Source: Spirochaetia bacterium (lineage in GTDB: Bacteria > Spirochaetota > Spirochaetia > UBA9216). From it: 64,000 nucleotides of DNA. Every line of letters begins with the position of its first letter. The stretch's first letter is position 1. Location: NCBI GenBank assembly GCA_963677925.2, contig CAXXYH010000004.1, positions 192,001 through 256,000 on the forward strand. Direction: 5' to 3'. The notes beneath the pieces are model-generated. The model made no database searches. It was not told the DNA's origin and was given only the letters and a program-made list of their open reading frames with translations. Position numbers and translations under genes: made by a program. This document shows, piece after piece, positions 29,336-40,227 of this stretch.

Positions 29336-30514
29336 TTATTCTCCTGATATTCTTTTAAATTCCTGTTTTATATAAACACCTATCTCCGAACCGCTGCAGA
29401 TAAAAACAGCAAACTCCCGTCCTGCATCATTCGTTATATTTTCCTGATACCGGATCTGTGAATGAAGCCACAGAAAATCAGCCAGTTCCGCAGCCTTCTC
29501 GGACCTTAGAATAACAGATAAATCCGCTCCGGTTTCATCTGCAAAATCCCGCGCCATGGCTTCAACGGCATAAGACCTGGGCCAGGCTGTCAGTTCATCT
29601 CGCACCAGAGTAACTTCATCCGGAATCAGCTCTGCATCAACACCGAAAAAGAAATCTGAATCACCCTCCCAGACACCGTATGCTCCTGAAGGTTCAATAT
29701 ATTCAGACTCAACCCCGCTGCGGTTTTCGAACTCCCCGGAACCGTCTCCGGCATTACGGAGAAATCCGAAGTAGATTACCAGCCCGGCTGCTATAACAAA
29801 GGTAATAATAAAATTGACCCGCATCAACTTTCTTATTCCTGATGAGGGCTGGATATTCCTGATATTCTCCCGGAACTCTTCAGGGAATACGGTTTCGGCT
29901 ATACTTTCAGAGGTTCTGATATCTATCCCCCTGGCTTCAAGTTTTTCTGTAAATGCGGCAGGGTCTTTCGGTGTAATTATATAATAGCCGTTTGCAGTAT
30001 TCAGTATAACGGCATCTGATCCCGCATTAACACCGTAGCTGCGGATATCTATCGGACCGCCCCTCCGAATCTCACTCATAATCGGGGCCACGGACATAAA
30101 ACCCGTTACCTCTCCGTATGATTTTGACGCCTTTATCCACTTAAAAAATTCAAGCCCCTTCTCCGCCTCAACCACGGGTCTGTACAGATTCTCCAGAAAA
30201 CCCCTCAGTTCTTTCCTGCTGACTGCGGAAACCCATTTGATATCAGAAATATCAAGTTCCCTCTTTGTCATCCGGGCTTTTAGAATAAGACTGTATTTCC
30301 CGATTCCATATTTCCGGCTTCCGGGCAGGTTCTGAAGACCCGCAGCAAGAAAAAGCAGAAGGCCGAAAGAGGCAGCCGCTATTCCTTCCACGGAGTGTGA
30401 TGTCAAAATTGCAAAGACCCCCATCAGGAGGAAAAACAGAAGGCCCAGAAACATCGGCAGCAGCCTGACTGCCCTGTAGCGGGCAGGAAAGTATTCGAAG
30501 CTATATTCTTCCAT
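29336..30514 (-). CDS. Membrane protein with bacterial PH-like domain
   Basis: Three TM segments, YIITPKDPAAF motif. Confidence 0.65.
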   Translation of the reverse strand: MEEYSFEYFPARYRAVRLLPMFLGLLFFLLMGVFAILTSHSVEGIAAASFGLLLFLAAGLQNLPGSRKYGIGKYSLILKARMTKRELDISDIKWVSAVSRKELRGFLENLYRPVVEAEKGLEFFKWIKASKSYGEVTGFMSVAPIMSEIRRGGPIDIRSYGVNAGSDAVILNTANGYYIITPKDPAAFTEKLEARGIDIRTSESIAETVFPEEFRENIRNIQPSSGIRKLMRVNFIITFVIAAGLVIYFGFLRNAGDGSGEFENRSGVESEYIEPSGAYGVWEGDSDFFFGVDAELIPDEVTLVRDELTAWPRSYAVEAMARDFADETGADLSVILRSEKAAELADFLWLHSQIRYQENITNDAGREFAVFICSGSEIGVYIKQEFKRISGE

Positions 30515-30598
30515 ATTTAAAATGATAGATATCCGTACATCAAAAATAAATAGCAGCAGAACTTCTTTTTACTGTTTTATTATCTTATGGACCGAAAA

Positions 30599-32212
30599 TT
30601 ACAGCTTTTCAAGCTCGGAATTCAGCTGCTTCATCTGCTCGATATTCTGCTTTCCAATCTCTTCCAGTCCGGCGGCTTCGCTTACAATTTTTTTACCGAT
30701 ATCTGTTAGAACGGCAATATGCTCCTTGGTTTCACCGCAGGATTCCGATATATTTTTGACAGACTTGTCACTAAGCACAATATCCTGCTCCATGCTGTCC
30801 AGCGCCTTCAGCACATCTTCATTTGACTGAAGAAGATGTTTTACTGATGTTGTTATGATGGTTGTTCCGGAGGAAAGCTCCTTCATACTTCCGACAATCT
30901 CCCTCAGTGAGTCTCCGACATTCATTACTTCATCAATTATTTTATTAAATACCAGTTTAAGTTCATTTATTGACTGGTTAGATTCTTCAAAATACCTGTT
31001 GTTGTTTTCAAGACTCTTCTTAACTGCATCCGAGTTCTGACCGGTTTCCTCAGACAGTTTTCTTATTTCCTCTGCAACAACAGCGAATCCCCGTCCGGCA
31101 TCTCCGGCATGAGCCGCTTCAATAGCAGCATTCATGGCAAGAAGATTCGTCCTGCTGGATATAGATTCAATGACTTCAATAATTTCGAGTATTTCTTTTG
31201 ATGATTCAGAAAGTTTTTTAATAGAATCAATTGACTCATCCAGTCTTTCACCGCCCTCTACGGAAGAATCCTTAAGCTCTGCGAGAATTTTAAGCCGCTG
31301 CTCTGCAGCACTGCTTATAAATGAAATCTGATCTACAATCTGATTTGCTGAACTGCTTGAATCGGAAACAGCCCTGGTCTGAATATCCATTCGCTCCCGA
31401 ACCTGCTTCTCTGAAGCTGCAATCTTCCGGTTTGACTGCCCGGTTTCTACAGTCGACGAAAAAAGCACTTCCGAGGTTCTTGTCAAATCCTGAATATCAG
31501 AAGTAAGTTCCTCAGTTACTTTGCTTGTGTTTTCAGCAGCAAGAAGAAGCCTTTCTCCGATATTGAATGTAGACTTCATAGAGCCTACTATCCGGTTAAG
31601 CTGTGTATAGCCTTTGGCAGTATTGTCACGCTCTTTTTCTATGAGAGATATTGACTTCAGCTGCATCCTGAAGACCATGGTGGCAAAAAGCGCTGCTACA
31701 AAAAGAAAAGCTATCGCTATTACAAAAGAACCGTAATCAGCTTCAGCACCCTGACTTTTAAGCATAGGCATCATCATAGTAAAAAAGAAGAAAATCTCCC
31801 CTACAATGCCTATTCCCGCTATGGCTATCATCTGCCACAGGTGATAGGACATTAAGGGGGCTACACAGATGATGGAAATGGTATAGGTTGAAAAGACATA
31901 TAAATCATCAAGTTCAGTATGTTCCTGCATCATAAACAGCCCGAAGGCAGCCATTATAAACAGAAAGACGCTGACGGTACTGCTGATTTTGTAAAACCCC
32001 TTGAACATTAATAATATATTTACACCAAGCAGGAGGGTAACGAAGAACTCACCTCCTGCAATCATGAAATCACCCGAAATGACTCTTATCACTGAAAAGA
32101 GAAGGAAAAAGATCCCGAGTATAAAATTTATCCTGTAAAGTGTGACTACCTTCTCCTGAAAATTCTCACTCTCATTTTTATAAATCGATTTTAACCTGAC
32201 TGAAACATTCAT
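30599..32212 (-). CDS. Methyl-accepting chemotaxis protein (multi-TM sensor)
   Basis: [32 protein letters not shown]; ATG 32212 with GGGGAG Shine-Dalgarno. Confidence 0.95.
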   Translation of the reverse strand: MNVSVRLKSIYKNESENFQEKVVTLYRINFILGIFFLLFSVIRVISGDFMIAGGEFFVTLLLGVNILLMFKGFYKISSTVSVFLFIMAAFGLFMMQEHTELDDLYVFSTYTISIICVAPLMSYHLWQMIAIAGIGIVGEIFFFFTMMMPMLKSQGAEADYGSFVIAIAFLFVAALFATMVFRMQLKSISLIEKERDNTAKGYTQLNRIVGSMKSTFNIGERLLLAAENTSKVTEELTSDIQDLTRTSEVLFSSTVETGQSNRKIAASEKQVRERMDIQTRAVSDSSSSANQIVDQISFISSAAEQRLKILAELKDSSVEGGERLDESIDSIKKLSESSKEILEIIEVIESISSRTNLLAMNAAIEAAHAGDAGRGFAVVAEEIRKLSEETGQNSDAVKKSLENNNRYFEESNQSINELKLVFNKIIDEVMNVGDSLREIVGSMKELSSGTTIITTSVKHLLQSNEDVLKALDSMEQDIVLSDKSVKNISESCGETKEHIAVLTDIGKKIVSEAAGLEEIGKQNIEQMKQLNSELEKL

Positions 32213-32347
32213 AAATTTCTCCCCCAGAAAAATTATAGGATATCTGAAAGGGAATATAAACACAAAATTAATTTTTTAAGGCTAAATAATCTTAGAAAAA
32301 CAGATAAAAAGATTGACAATTTCCATCGTTAAAGAGATCCTAAGAAG

Positions 32348-33634
32348 ATGAAAAAATCATTACTCCTGACTAAGATTCTTACACTGGTTTTAGTAATTGC
32401 ACTTAATATTTTCTTACTACAATACATAAGAAAAAATCTAATCCTTACTGTCAGCGATATTAATAATGATTCTCTGGTTCACATCTCAGATCAGCTGAAC
32501 TCCCAGACCGGGTTCATGAATACAATGACCGCCGCCGTATTTGAAACAGCTATAATTCCGGCATTATCGGGCCTTCCATCTAATTCAGAAAGCCGACTGA
32601 ACAGTGAATGTGAACGGATTTTCAACGGCCTGGAAGGACATATTATTTCAGGAATGAAAGTCAGTTACGGAGGCTACAATTTCAGTTCCGGAGAAATTCC
32701 GGCATCAGGCAGCAGGCTGCTTGTTACAGACAGTTTTTCAGCCCGCGGAGCCTCAGACTATATAAATACAGAGTTTTACTATCCGCTTGAAAACCTTCTT
32801 ACAGATATTTCCGGAGTCACCGGCATTACAGTTTTAAAAGATGCTGCCGATTCCGGAATTCCGGAAAAACTGACTGAATACAGCAGTAAGATTATTAATG
32901 TCGCCGAAGGCGGTAATTCGGAAGCGCTGAGTACAAATGACACCGAGGGCCTGGTCATAATTCCTCTTGAAAAATATTCAGGAGTCAGAGGCTCGGTTCT
33001 AATAGCTGAAATCAATAATCCTTCACTGGAGCTTCTTTATCATAACAGTAAAATAATCCTGATACTTCTTACAGTAATATTTGCTACTGTAACCGCATTT
33101 ATCCTGTTTATACATATTAAACAGAAAATTGTGAAAGATCTTATTGCTCACGATCCTCTTACTGGTGCTTTCTCGCGTCTGCAGATATTTAACCTGCTTA
33201 AGGGGGAATATATCCGTTCTAAAAGATACGGTACTCCGGTATCAATAATACTTTTTGATATTGATCATTTTAAACAGATAAACGACAGATACAATAAAGC
33301 AGCAGGGGATTCAATTCTTCAGATTTTCAGTAAAACAATAATGAAAGATCTCAGAACTACTGATTATTTCGGCAGAATTGGTGGGGACCAGTTTATGCTG
33401 CTTCTGCCCGAGACAGACAGGGACGGAGCATACCAGCTTGGAAAGCTTACCCTCGAGCGCATTCACCAGACAAATTTTCCGGAAGTCGGAAAATTAAGCT
33501 GCAGCATGGGAATAGGTGAAATAAGTGAAGCAGACTCCAGCCTTGATGCTTTTATTGACAGGATAGAATCCGGTCTATTCCTGTCAATGCAGACAAGAAG
33601 AGACCAGATTACTGTAGTAGCTTCAATTACTTAA
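32348..33634 (+). CDS. Membrane GGDEF-domain protein (GGDQF variant)
   Basis: HDPLTG, DIDHFKQINDRY, RTTD I-site, GGDQF; two TM helices. Confidence 0.9.
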   Translation: MKKSLLLTKILTLVLVIALNIFLLQYIRKNLILTVSDINNDSLVHISDQLNSQTGFMNTMTAAVFETAIIPALSGLPSNSESRLNSECERIFNGLEGHIISGMKVSYGGYNFSSGEIPASGSRLLVTDSFSARGASDYINTEFYYPLENLLTDISGVTGITVLKDAADSGIPEKLTEYSSKIINVAEGGNSEALSTNDTEGLVIIPLEKYSGVRGSVLIAEINNPSLELLYHNSKIILILLTVIFATVTAFILFIHIKQKIVKDLIAHDPLTGAFSRLQIFNLLKGEYIRSKRYGTPVSIILFDIDHFKQINDRYNKAAGDSILQIFSKTIMKDLRTTDYFGRIGGDQFMLLLPETDRDGAYQLGKLTLERIHQTNFPEVGKLSCSMGIGEISEADSSLDAFIDRIESGLFLSMQTRRDQITVVASIT

Positions 33635-33642
33635 GACTTTAA

Positions 33643-34911
33643 CTAGAAACCTGCTTTCAGGCTTTCCTGATCTATAACTGATTTGTATTCGGATTCCATT
33701 TCCATCATCCCGGCAGGAAATCCGTAGCCTTCCATTCTTTCCATGAAAGGTTCTGACGGAAAACATTCAGGCCCCTTAACCCCGCTGCCGGTCCAGAGCC
33801 CTTTAGCAACAAGCTCCATCATTATCACCGGGTTGAATGCTGTCTGTGCAACTACGGCCTGGCTTCCGTATTTATCCATACAATCCTTGTTGTCTACAAG
33901 CTGGTAAATATAAACACTTCGCTCTTTACCGTCTTTAAGGCCTTTCACCCACAATCCGGCAGAAAGCTGCCCCTTCATTCGGTCACCGATAGTGGCCGGG
34001 TCCGGAGCACAGGCTGCTACCACATCACGGGGAGAAACCTCAACTCCCTTTACCCGTACCTTTTCAGTCTTATCAAGGCCAAGCGCTTCAAGAGTCTTTA
34101 AAACACGCCTCATGTCGCGATCCACTCCAAACTTGAATGTTGCACGCTTAAGCCCCTTATCTGCAAAGGTTCTGGGTAACATCAGAACTTCCTCATGCTC
34201 GACATTAATAACCTCCTGCTCACCGACGGGTTCAGGAAATCTGAAAATTTCAGGCTCTGAAAAAGACTCGGTAACAAACCAGCCCTTATCCTTTTCCCAT
34301 ATCACGGGAGGATTAAGACATTCTTCTATAGTTGTCCATATTGAGAAACCGAATGCTACATCCAAACCTTCAACCTCAAGGTTATCAGCATCCCTTACAT
34401 TCAGTTCATGTATTTCATCAAAGAGATATTTATCAGCATAATTTGCAAAAACATTCACCATTCCCGGCTCAACACCTGAACCGCAGATTGCAAGACAACC
34501 TTTTTTAACCCAGTTTTCATCCTCAGCATACTGAAGATCCCCCAGCTTTAACGCTGTTTTTCCGTAAGGATCATCCTTGTCCCGCTCAGAAAGACTCATA
34601 GCCATATCCATATATGTACAGCCTGACTCATAGGCGGCGTTGAATATCGGCATATTGAAAACAGGATCACAGGCATTCATTATAAAATCAACTTTATGCT
34701 TCTCTGCCAGAGCTTTTATCTTTTCTTCATCAGAGGCATCAATCTGCTCCGCTACAAATCGTTTGTCAATTGACGCAACATCAGCCGCTCTCTGCTCGTT
34801 ATAGTCGCTAATGACCATTAGCTCCATCCATTCAGCCTGCGCATCATTCTTGGAAATGATTGAAGCAATCGCACTTCCTACTCCGCCTGCACCAACAAGT
34901 AATACTCTCAT
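33643..34911 (-). CDS. Saccharopine dehydrogenase-family / carboxynorspermidine synthase-like protein
   Basis: GAGGVG, YMDMA, GVEPG, HEEV. Confidence 0.85.
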   Translation of the reverse strand: MRVLLVGAGGVGSAIASIISKNDAQAEWMELMVISDYNEQRAADVASIDKRFVAEQIDASDEEKIKALAEKHKVDFIMNACDPVFNMPIFNAAYESGCTYMDMAMSLSERDKDDPYGKTALKLGDLQYAEDENWVKKGCLAICGSGVEPGMVNVFANYADKYLFDEIHELNVRDADNLEVEGLDVAFGFSIWTTIEECLNPPVIWEKDKGWFVTESFSEPEIFRFPEPVGEQEVINVEHEEVLMLPRTFADKGLKRATFKFGVDRDMRRVLKTLEALGLDKTEKVRVKGVEVSPRDVVAACAPDPATIGDRMKGQLSAGLWVKGLKDGKERSVYIYQLVDNKDCMDKYGSQAVVAQTAFNPVIMMELVAKGLWTGSGVKGPECFPSEPFMERMEGYGFPAGMMEMESEYKSVIDQESLKAGF

Positions 34912-34931
34912 TATCTACTCCTTTTATTTGT

Positions 34932-34947
34932 TTGTTTGTACAAACAA
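34932..34947. promoter_or_regulatory. Perfect 16-bp palindrome upstream of the dehydrogenase gene
   Basis: TTGTTTGT|ACAAACAA. Confidence 0.5.
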
Positions 34948-34964
34948 TAAATAATTTAAAAAAA

Positions 34965-35561
34965 CTAGCTCAACTGCTTAATGCAGTAGTCTGTGAACAT
35001 TTCCTTCAAAACCGATGCAGCAGCATCAAGTTCCTGCTTATCTCTGGTAACGGTATTATAATAACTGAGACCCTCCATTATTGCGATAAGGGCGCTTGAC
35101 AGTTCATCAAACTTACCGGAATTACTTTCACCGAAAACAGCATGCATCTCAGCAACTACTGCTTCCTTATCCCGTTTATACAGATCAGTAAAAATTTCTT
35201 TCACATGATCGTTTCTAAGACTCAGATTAAAGACATCAAACCAGACACGGTCATCAACAATCTGTCTTGAGTATTCCCAGAACCGCGCATCAAGAATTGC
35301 AGAAAGTCTTTTTTCCGGAGACTCAAAGCGGCTGAAATCGAGCATTAGAAATTCATCATAAGCTTCAACCATGTAATCGGCGAGAGAACAAATAATTTCT
35401 TCTTTGGAATCAAAATAATGCGTTAAAAGACTGGTAGCTACTCCCATGCTCTCCGCTATCTTGGCAAGGGTTGTATTCTCCAGACCTTCGCGTTTTACAA
35501 CTTCATAGGCATGCTCGAGGATTTCAGGCTTTCTCTGTTCGGCTTTGCTTTTTCTACCCAT
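34965..35561 (-). CDS. TetR/BetI-family regulator
   Basis: GLENTTLAKIAESMGVATSLLTHYFDSKEE; start ATG 35561. Confidence 0.9.
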   Translation of the reverse strand: MGRKSKAEQRKPEILEHAYEVVKREGLENTTLAKIAESMGVATSLLTHYFDSKEEIICSLADYMVEAYDEFLMLDFSRFESPEKRLSAILDARFWEYSRQIVDDRVWFDVFNLSLRNDHVKEIFTDLYKRDKEAVVAEMHAVFGESNSGKFDELSSALIAIMEGLSYYNTVTRDKQELDAAASVLKEMFTDYCIKQLS

Positions 35562-35574
35562 AGTTTTTTCAGTA

Positions 35575-35627
35575 ATAAATTGAATGACCGTACAATTTAT
35601 AATAAGCCTGCAGTATAAAGTTGTCAA
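35575..35627 (-). promoter_or_regulatory. Sigma-70 promoter with adjacent dyad (TetR autoregulation)
   Basis: TTGACA-17-TATTAT; ATAAATTG-N10-CAATTTAT at 35575-35600. Confidence 0.6.
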
Positions 35628-35685
35628 GCTACCAGAATATAATTACAATTAAATTATAAAAAAACAACCCTTATGGAGGTAATCA

Positions 35686-35925
35686 ATGGATTTTGAAACA
35701 GAACTGCAGAATAAATTTGTCTGTCCAAAATGCAGGAGCATCGGCGGAGCTGTAAAAAGAGTCAGTATGAGCGGCGCAGGTCTTTCCAGACTGGTCAATC
35801 TTCAGCATAACACCTTCATTGCCGTTTCCTGTATCAGATGCGGATACACGGAATTCTATAATCCGGAAGTCTATGAGGGCAAGAATAATGCAATGAATAT
35901 TCTGGACTTACTGTTCGGAGTATAA
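35686..35925 (+). CDS. Zinc-ribbon protein (DUF2082-like)
   Basis: CPKC ... SCIRCGYTEFY; GGAGG Shine-Dalgarno. Confidence 0.85.
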   Translation: MDFETELQNKFVCPKCRSIGGAVKRVSMSGAGLSRLVNLQHNTFIAVSCIRCGYTEFYNPEVYEGKNNAMNILDLLFGV

Positions 35926-35951
35926 GATAATATTAAAGGAAGAGAACATCT

Positions 35952-36485
35952 ATGGCATATTATAAAAAAGTACAGGGAAAACGATGCTACCTCTCCCCCA
36001 TCGATTGCGAAGATTATAAACTATATACGGCATGGTTAAATGATCCTGAAGTGACCGAAAACCTTACTCTTTCAGATAAGGTAATTACAGAATCCGGAGA
36101 GCGGTCAATTCTTGAAACCCTGTCAAGAGAACACTCCTATACGATAGTGCTCAATGAAGGGGATCAACCAATCGGAGTATGCGGATTTCATGTAGTCGAT
36201 CAGAGAAACAGAACATGTGAAATCGGCATTTTTATCGGAGAAAAAAATCACTGGGGTAAGGGATACGGAACTGAAGCCATACGCCTGCTCATAGGGTATG
36301 GAATTGACTATCTGAATCTTCACAGCTTTTTAATCTCTGTTTATTCATTCAATAAGCGCGGATATAAATGCTACACCGGACTTGGTTTTAAGGAAATCGG
36401 TACGAGACGTAAGTGTATCCGTCAGAAGGGTGAATATCATGATATGATTTATCTCGACATGCTTGCAGAGGAGTTTGAACGCTGA
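35952..36485 (+). CDS. GNAT acetyltransferase (RimJ/RimL-like)
   Basis: EIGIFIG...WGKGYGTEA, N..YTGLGF. Confidence 0.9.
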   Translation: MAYYKKVQGKRCYLSPIDCEDYKLYTAWLNDPEVTENLTLSDKVITESGERSILETLSREHSYTIVLNEGDQPIGVCGFHVVDQRNRTCEIGIFIGEKNHWGKGYGTEAIRLLIGYGIDYLNLHSFLISVYSFNKRGYKCYTGLGFKEIGTRRKCIRQKGEYHDMIYLDMLAEEFER

Positions 36486-36488
36486 AAA

Positions 36489-37418
36489 ATGAAAAATAAC
36501 AGTCCTGAAATTATATGCTGCGGACATGCAGCTTACGACATTAACTTTATGATGCCTTTATATCCGGTAGAAGATCAGAAATACCGGATAGATACACTGG
36601 TTGAGACAGGAGGCGGCCCGGCTGCAAATGCAGCCTGCCTTAATGCAAAATGGGGACTGTCCTCTGCTTTTGCCGGTCTGGTTGGCAAGGATATCTACGG
36701 TGATAAAATTCTTAACGAATTGAAAGAATGGAATGTAGATACCTCCCTGGTTGAACAGAGAGAGCAGAGTAATACACCTCTTTCTGCAATTGTTGTCAAC
36801 ACGAGTTCAGGAACAAGGACGCTTCTAAACCGCAGAGATGAATCGGAACAGTCTGAGGTTTCCGAACAGCTTATAGAAAGACTCTCTAAAATGAACCCCT
36901 CTATCCTGCTGTTTGACGGCCATGCACTTAATTTAAGCCTCAAGCTTGTAGAGATGTTTCCAAGGGCGGTTAAAATTATGGATGCAGGAACCCTGCGTAA
37001 TTCAACTGATACCCTTAGCAGGCTGTCTGATTACGTCATCTGCAGCACCGCCTATGCCTGCGAACTTGCCGGACTGGAAAATCTTAATACACATGTTCTC
37101 CAGAAAAAGGCGGTCGATGTTCTTACCGAACGCTATAACGGTTTAAGTATAGTTACCATGGGTAAAAGGGGTGTATGCTACCGGAAAAACAGTGCCGCCA
37201 TAACCATGCCGTCCTACAGTGTAAAAGCCGTTGATACCACCGGGGCGGGAGATGTTTTTCATGGAGCCTTTGCCTACGGTATAGCGAAGGGGCTGAATCT
37301 GCAGAAAAACCTCAACTTTTCATCAGCAGCCGCGGCTCTTTCAACAACAAAGCCCGGCGGCAGAACCTCTATACCGGAACTGGAGGAGACTCTTCAACTC
37401 TGCGGATTATCATTCTGA
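36489..37418 (+). CDS. PfkB/ribokinase-family sugar kinase
   Basis: GGPAANAA, DTTGAGDVFHGA. Confidence 0.9.
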   Translation: MKNNSPEIICCGHAAYDINFMMPLYPVEDQKYRIDTLVETGGGPAANAACLNAKWGLSSAFAGLVGKDIYGDKILNELKEWNVDTSLVEQREQSNTPLSAIVVNTSSGTRTLLNRRDESEQSEVSEQLIERLSKMNPSILLFDGHALNLSLKLVEMFPRAVKIMDAGTLRNSTDTLSRLSDYVICSTAYACELAGLENLNTHVLQKKAVDVLTERYNGLSIVTMGKRGVCYRKNSAAITMPSYSVKAVDTTGAGDVFHGAFAYGIAKGLNLQKNLNFSSAAAALSTTKPGGRTSIPELEETLQLCGLSF

Positions 37419-39428
37419 AAAGCTGAATCCCCAGCAGAATTCAGAAGCAGAGAAATCCCATCCCGCATAAAGATTAAGGGGTACTGGTTTAAGCCCAATC
37501 AGAGAAACATCCGAATGCACAAAAAGCCCCGCGCCGGCACCCGGCTCATCAGTGTAAGCAAAAACCCCGTAGGCTCCCGCCTTAATATTCTGAAATATAA
37601 TTATCTCAGAAAAAGCCGGCTCAAACATATAGGGGTTAAACAAAAGTCTCATTTCATTGAAGAAAAGCTGCGGATATCCTGCTGCCGGAGCATCCTGTTC
37701 AAAGGGATACGGGGAGTATTGTACAGCAGAAAGTTTGAGAGAATCTCTTTTAAAAAGGGGAACAGTTCCGGAACTAAGTGGATACCGGCCCAGAGCCCGG
37801 TTCTCTAAAAGCAGCAGGGTTTCGGTCCCGGGAACTGCAGCAGTCAGTGAAAGCTCCGCAAGTCCGAACAGGTTTTCAAAATCCCGCCCCTGAAGCCCAG
37901 CGCCAGCATAGATTTTAAAAGGTTTTTCTGAATCTGCATTGGGAAAAAGTGTTGCTTCCAGAGTTCCTGTGTAGAGACTGTCAGACAAAGACCACGAACT
38001 GTCCGTTGCAAATTCCGCCTTAACATTCAAACCGGTTCTAAACTTTTCAGAGGCAAAGGGGATCAGGCGCAGTTGCCCGTAATAATAGCCGGAATCAAAG
38101 AGCTCACCAAATTCGGTAATATTTTCAAAATCCCCTGTTAATGAAATTCCGGTTCCGGCACGAAGGTTTAAAAAATAAAAGGGGTCATAGCTTAACCCGG
38201 AAAAAATCATCGGATGCAGATCCCCGCCTGCCGGAGAAAAAACTTCTGCCCCTGCCCCGGCCTGCATACTGAAAAGGCCTGTCCTGAAGTCGGCTCCAAG
38301 GCCTGCATTATACCCGCTGTCCAGATAAAACTCGTCTGCAATGCCTTCAGGAAACATAGCGGTAAAAACAAGGTTAAGCTCAGATGGAGCAACAGGAATA
38401 CTTTCAAGATATCTGTATTCACGGTTGGCATCGTCCATTCTCATCCTGTATGACTCCCGGTATTCTCCTAAAGTCTCAGATACTCCGCCGTTGCTGAAAT
38501 CACTCAATACAGAGCTCAGCATATCCGTTGATCGGTACCCGGCCTCACTTATTTCATTGATAAGATTGAAGGACATGAAAGAATAATGCTCTACATCGCA
38601 CCTTATCAGAACAGGATCAAACAGTTTCAGCTGAGAGATCCCTGTCCGGCTCTTCCCTACATCCATGGCTATATTCAGAATAGTCAGCGGGTTTTTCAAA
38701 TCAAGTTTAGGATTATCATAGAAGGCTGTAGCCGCAATTATCCGGTCTGAATATTTATAGGCAACATCCAGCGGAACCAGATTGGAAATACCGCCGTCAA
38801 TCAGAGTATAGCCGCCCATTTTGACCGGATTAAAGTAAACCGGCAGCGCATAGGAGGCCTCCATCACAGTCAGAAGCTCTCCTTCTGCAATGCGGATCTG
38901 CTGCTTTGAACCAATATCTTCACAGACAACCATTATTGGAACAGGAAGCTCTGACAGGTCTGGATTTCCCAGATACGATCTTATAAGTCCGCTGAACAGG
39001 CTGACATCCATAAGACCGCCCTCAAGCGGCATTACAATATTAAACAATTCTCCGATATTTGTAGTATTAACAGCCTCCTGTATCATATCAGGCGACATTC
39101 CGGCGGCATACATCAGCCCGACTATAGCACCCATCGAATTGGCAACTATAAAATCGGGAACTATTCCCAGCTCCTCAAGACGTTTAAGAACGCCGATATG
39201 TGCAAAAGCCCTGGCGGAACCTCCGCTTAAAACAAGACCGACAGGTTCACGGGTTCCGCCTGTTTTTTCATTAATCCGCTGAATAAATTTTTCTTCACCA
39301 AGAAAAACAGGCAGATCCGCAGACATAATGCGGTCAGGAACATCCTGTGCGAACAGCCTCAAGAGACTGAAAAACAATGTAAAAACCAATAATATTTTTC
39401 TGTATACAGATTTGCTGTGCTGGTACAT
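37410..39428 (-). CDS. Exported patatin-like phospholipase with probable C-terminal beta-barrel
   Basis: Signal peptide, LSGGSARAFAHIG, ANSMG, DGG; amphipathic C-terminal strands ending FCWGFSFSE. Confidence 0.85.
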   Translation of the reverse strand: MYQHSKSVYRKILLVFTLFFSLLRLFAQDVPDRIMSADLPVFLGEEKFIQRINEKTGGTREPVGLVLSGGSARAFAHIGVLKRLEELGIVPDFIVANSMGAIVGLMYAAGMSPDMIQEAVNTTNIGELFNIVMPLEGGLMDVSLFSGLIRSYLGNPDLSELPVPIMVVCEDIGSKQQIRIAEGELLTVMEASYALPVYFNPVKMGGYTLIDGGISNLVPLDVAYKYSDRIIAATAFYDNPKLDLKNPLTILNIAMDVGKSRTGISQLKLFDPVLIRCDVEHYSFMSFNLINEISEAGYRSTDMLSSVLSDFSNGGVSETLGEYRESYRMRMDDANREYRYLESIPVAPSELNLVFTAMFPEGIADEFYLDSGYNAGLGADFRTGLFSMQAGAGAEVFSPAGGDLHPMIFSGLSYDPFYFLNLRAGTGISLTGDFENITEFGELFDSGYYYGQLRLIPFASEKFRTGLNVKAEFATDSSWSLSDSLYTGTLEATLFPNADSEKPFKIYAGAGLQGRDFENLFGLAELSLTAAVPGTETLLLLENRALGRYPLSSGTVPLFKRDSLKLSAVQYSPYPFEQDAPAAGYPQLFFNEMRLLFNPYMFEPAFSEIIIFQNIKAGAYGVFAYTDEPGAGAGLFVHSDVSLIGLKPVPLNLYAGWDFSASEFCWGFSFSE

Positions 39429-39523
39429 AACTATTTTATTTGCCGCTCTTTTTCAAAACCTTTATATTGATTATATATGCTTATAACACAACAGTAAAAT
39501 AAAAATGTTACTGGAGGATTATC

Positions 39524-40102
39524 ATGGTAAAAGGCAGTGAAAAAAGAACTAATAACAATAACGCAGATCAGATATTTATAGACCGATGGTCACCCAGAGC
39601 AATGTCGGGTGAACCATTATCAGAAGAGGACGCGCGAAAGCTGTTTGAGGCGGCAAGATGGGCACCCTCGTCAATGAATAACCAGCCATGGCGTTTCATA
39701 TATTCCATAAATGGCGATGAAAACTGGGATACTTTTTTCAATCTCCTTAACGCGGGCAACCAGAAATGGGCAGGAAAAGCAGGAATGCTCATGGTTATAG
39801 TATCAAAAAACACTTTTGATACCGGGAAGGAATCAGTAACCCACAGCTACGACACAGGAGCAGCCTGGGTAAGTCTTGCACTTCAGGGCTCCTTAATGGG
39901 ACTGGTAGTGCACGGAATGCAGGGCTTTGATTATGAGGCGGCAAGGGACAAGCTTGGAATACCGGAAGGGTATACAGTTGAAGCTATGGCTGCAGCAGGA
40001 AAACCGGGCGAGATTTCAGAGCTTCCGGAGAATCTTCAGCAGAGGGAAAGCCCCAATGACCGGAAACCGATCGAGGAAACAATCAGAAGAGGGCACTTCT
40101 AA
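39524..40102 (+). CDS. Nitroreductase family protein
   Basis: RWSPRAM, ARWAPSSMNNQPW, terminal RKP. Confidence 0.95.
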   Translation: MVKGSEKRTNNNNADQIFIDRWSPRAMSGEPLSEEDARKLFEAARWAPSSMNNQPWRFIYSINGDENWDTFFNLLNAGNQKWAGKAGMLMVIVSKNTFDTGKESVTHSYDTGAAWVSLALQGSLMGLVVHGMQGFDYEAARDKLGIPEGYTVEAMAAAGKPGEISELPENLQQRESPNDRKPIEETIRRGHF

Positions 40103-40227
40103 AACAACGCTTAATTAATACCGGGGTTAATACAAAACTAACAATTCCCGTATATGATACTTTGAAATATTGATAAAGCATATTAAACTAGTATTATTCA
40201 TGTTCAATGCTTATCAGGAGTGTCAAA

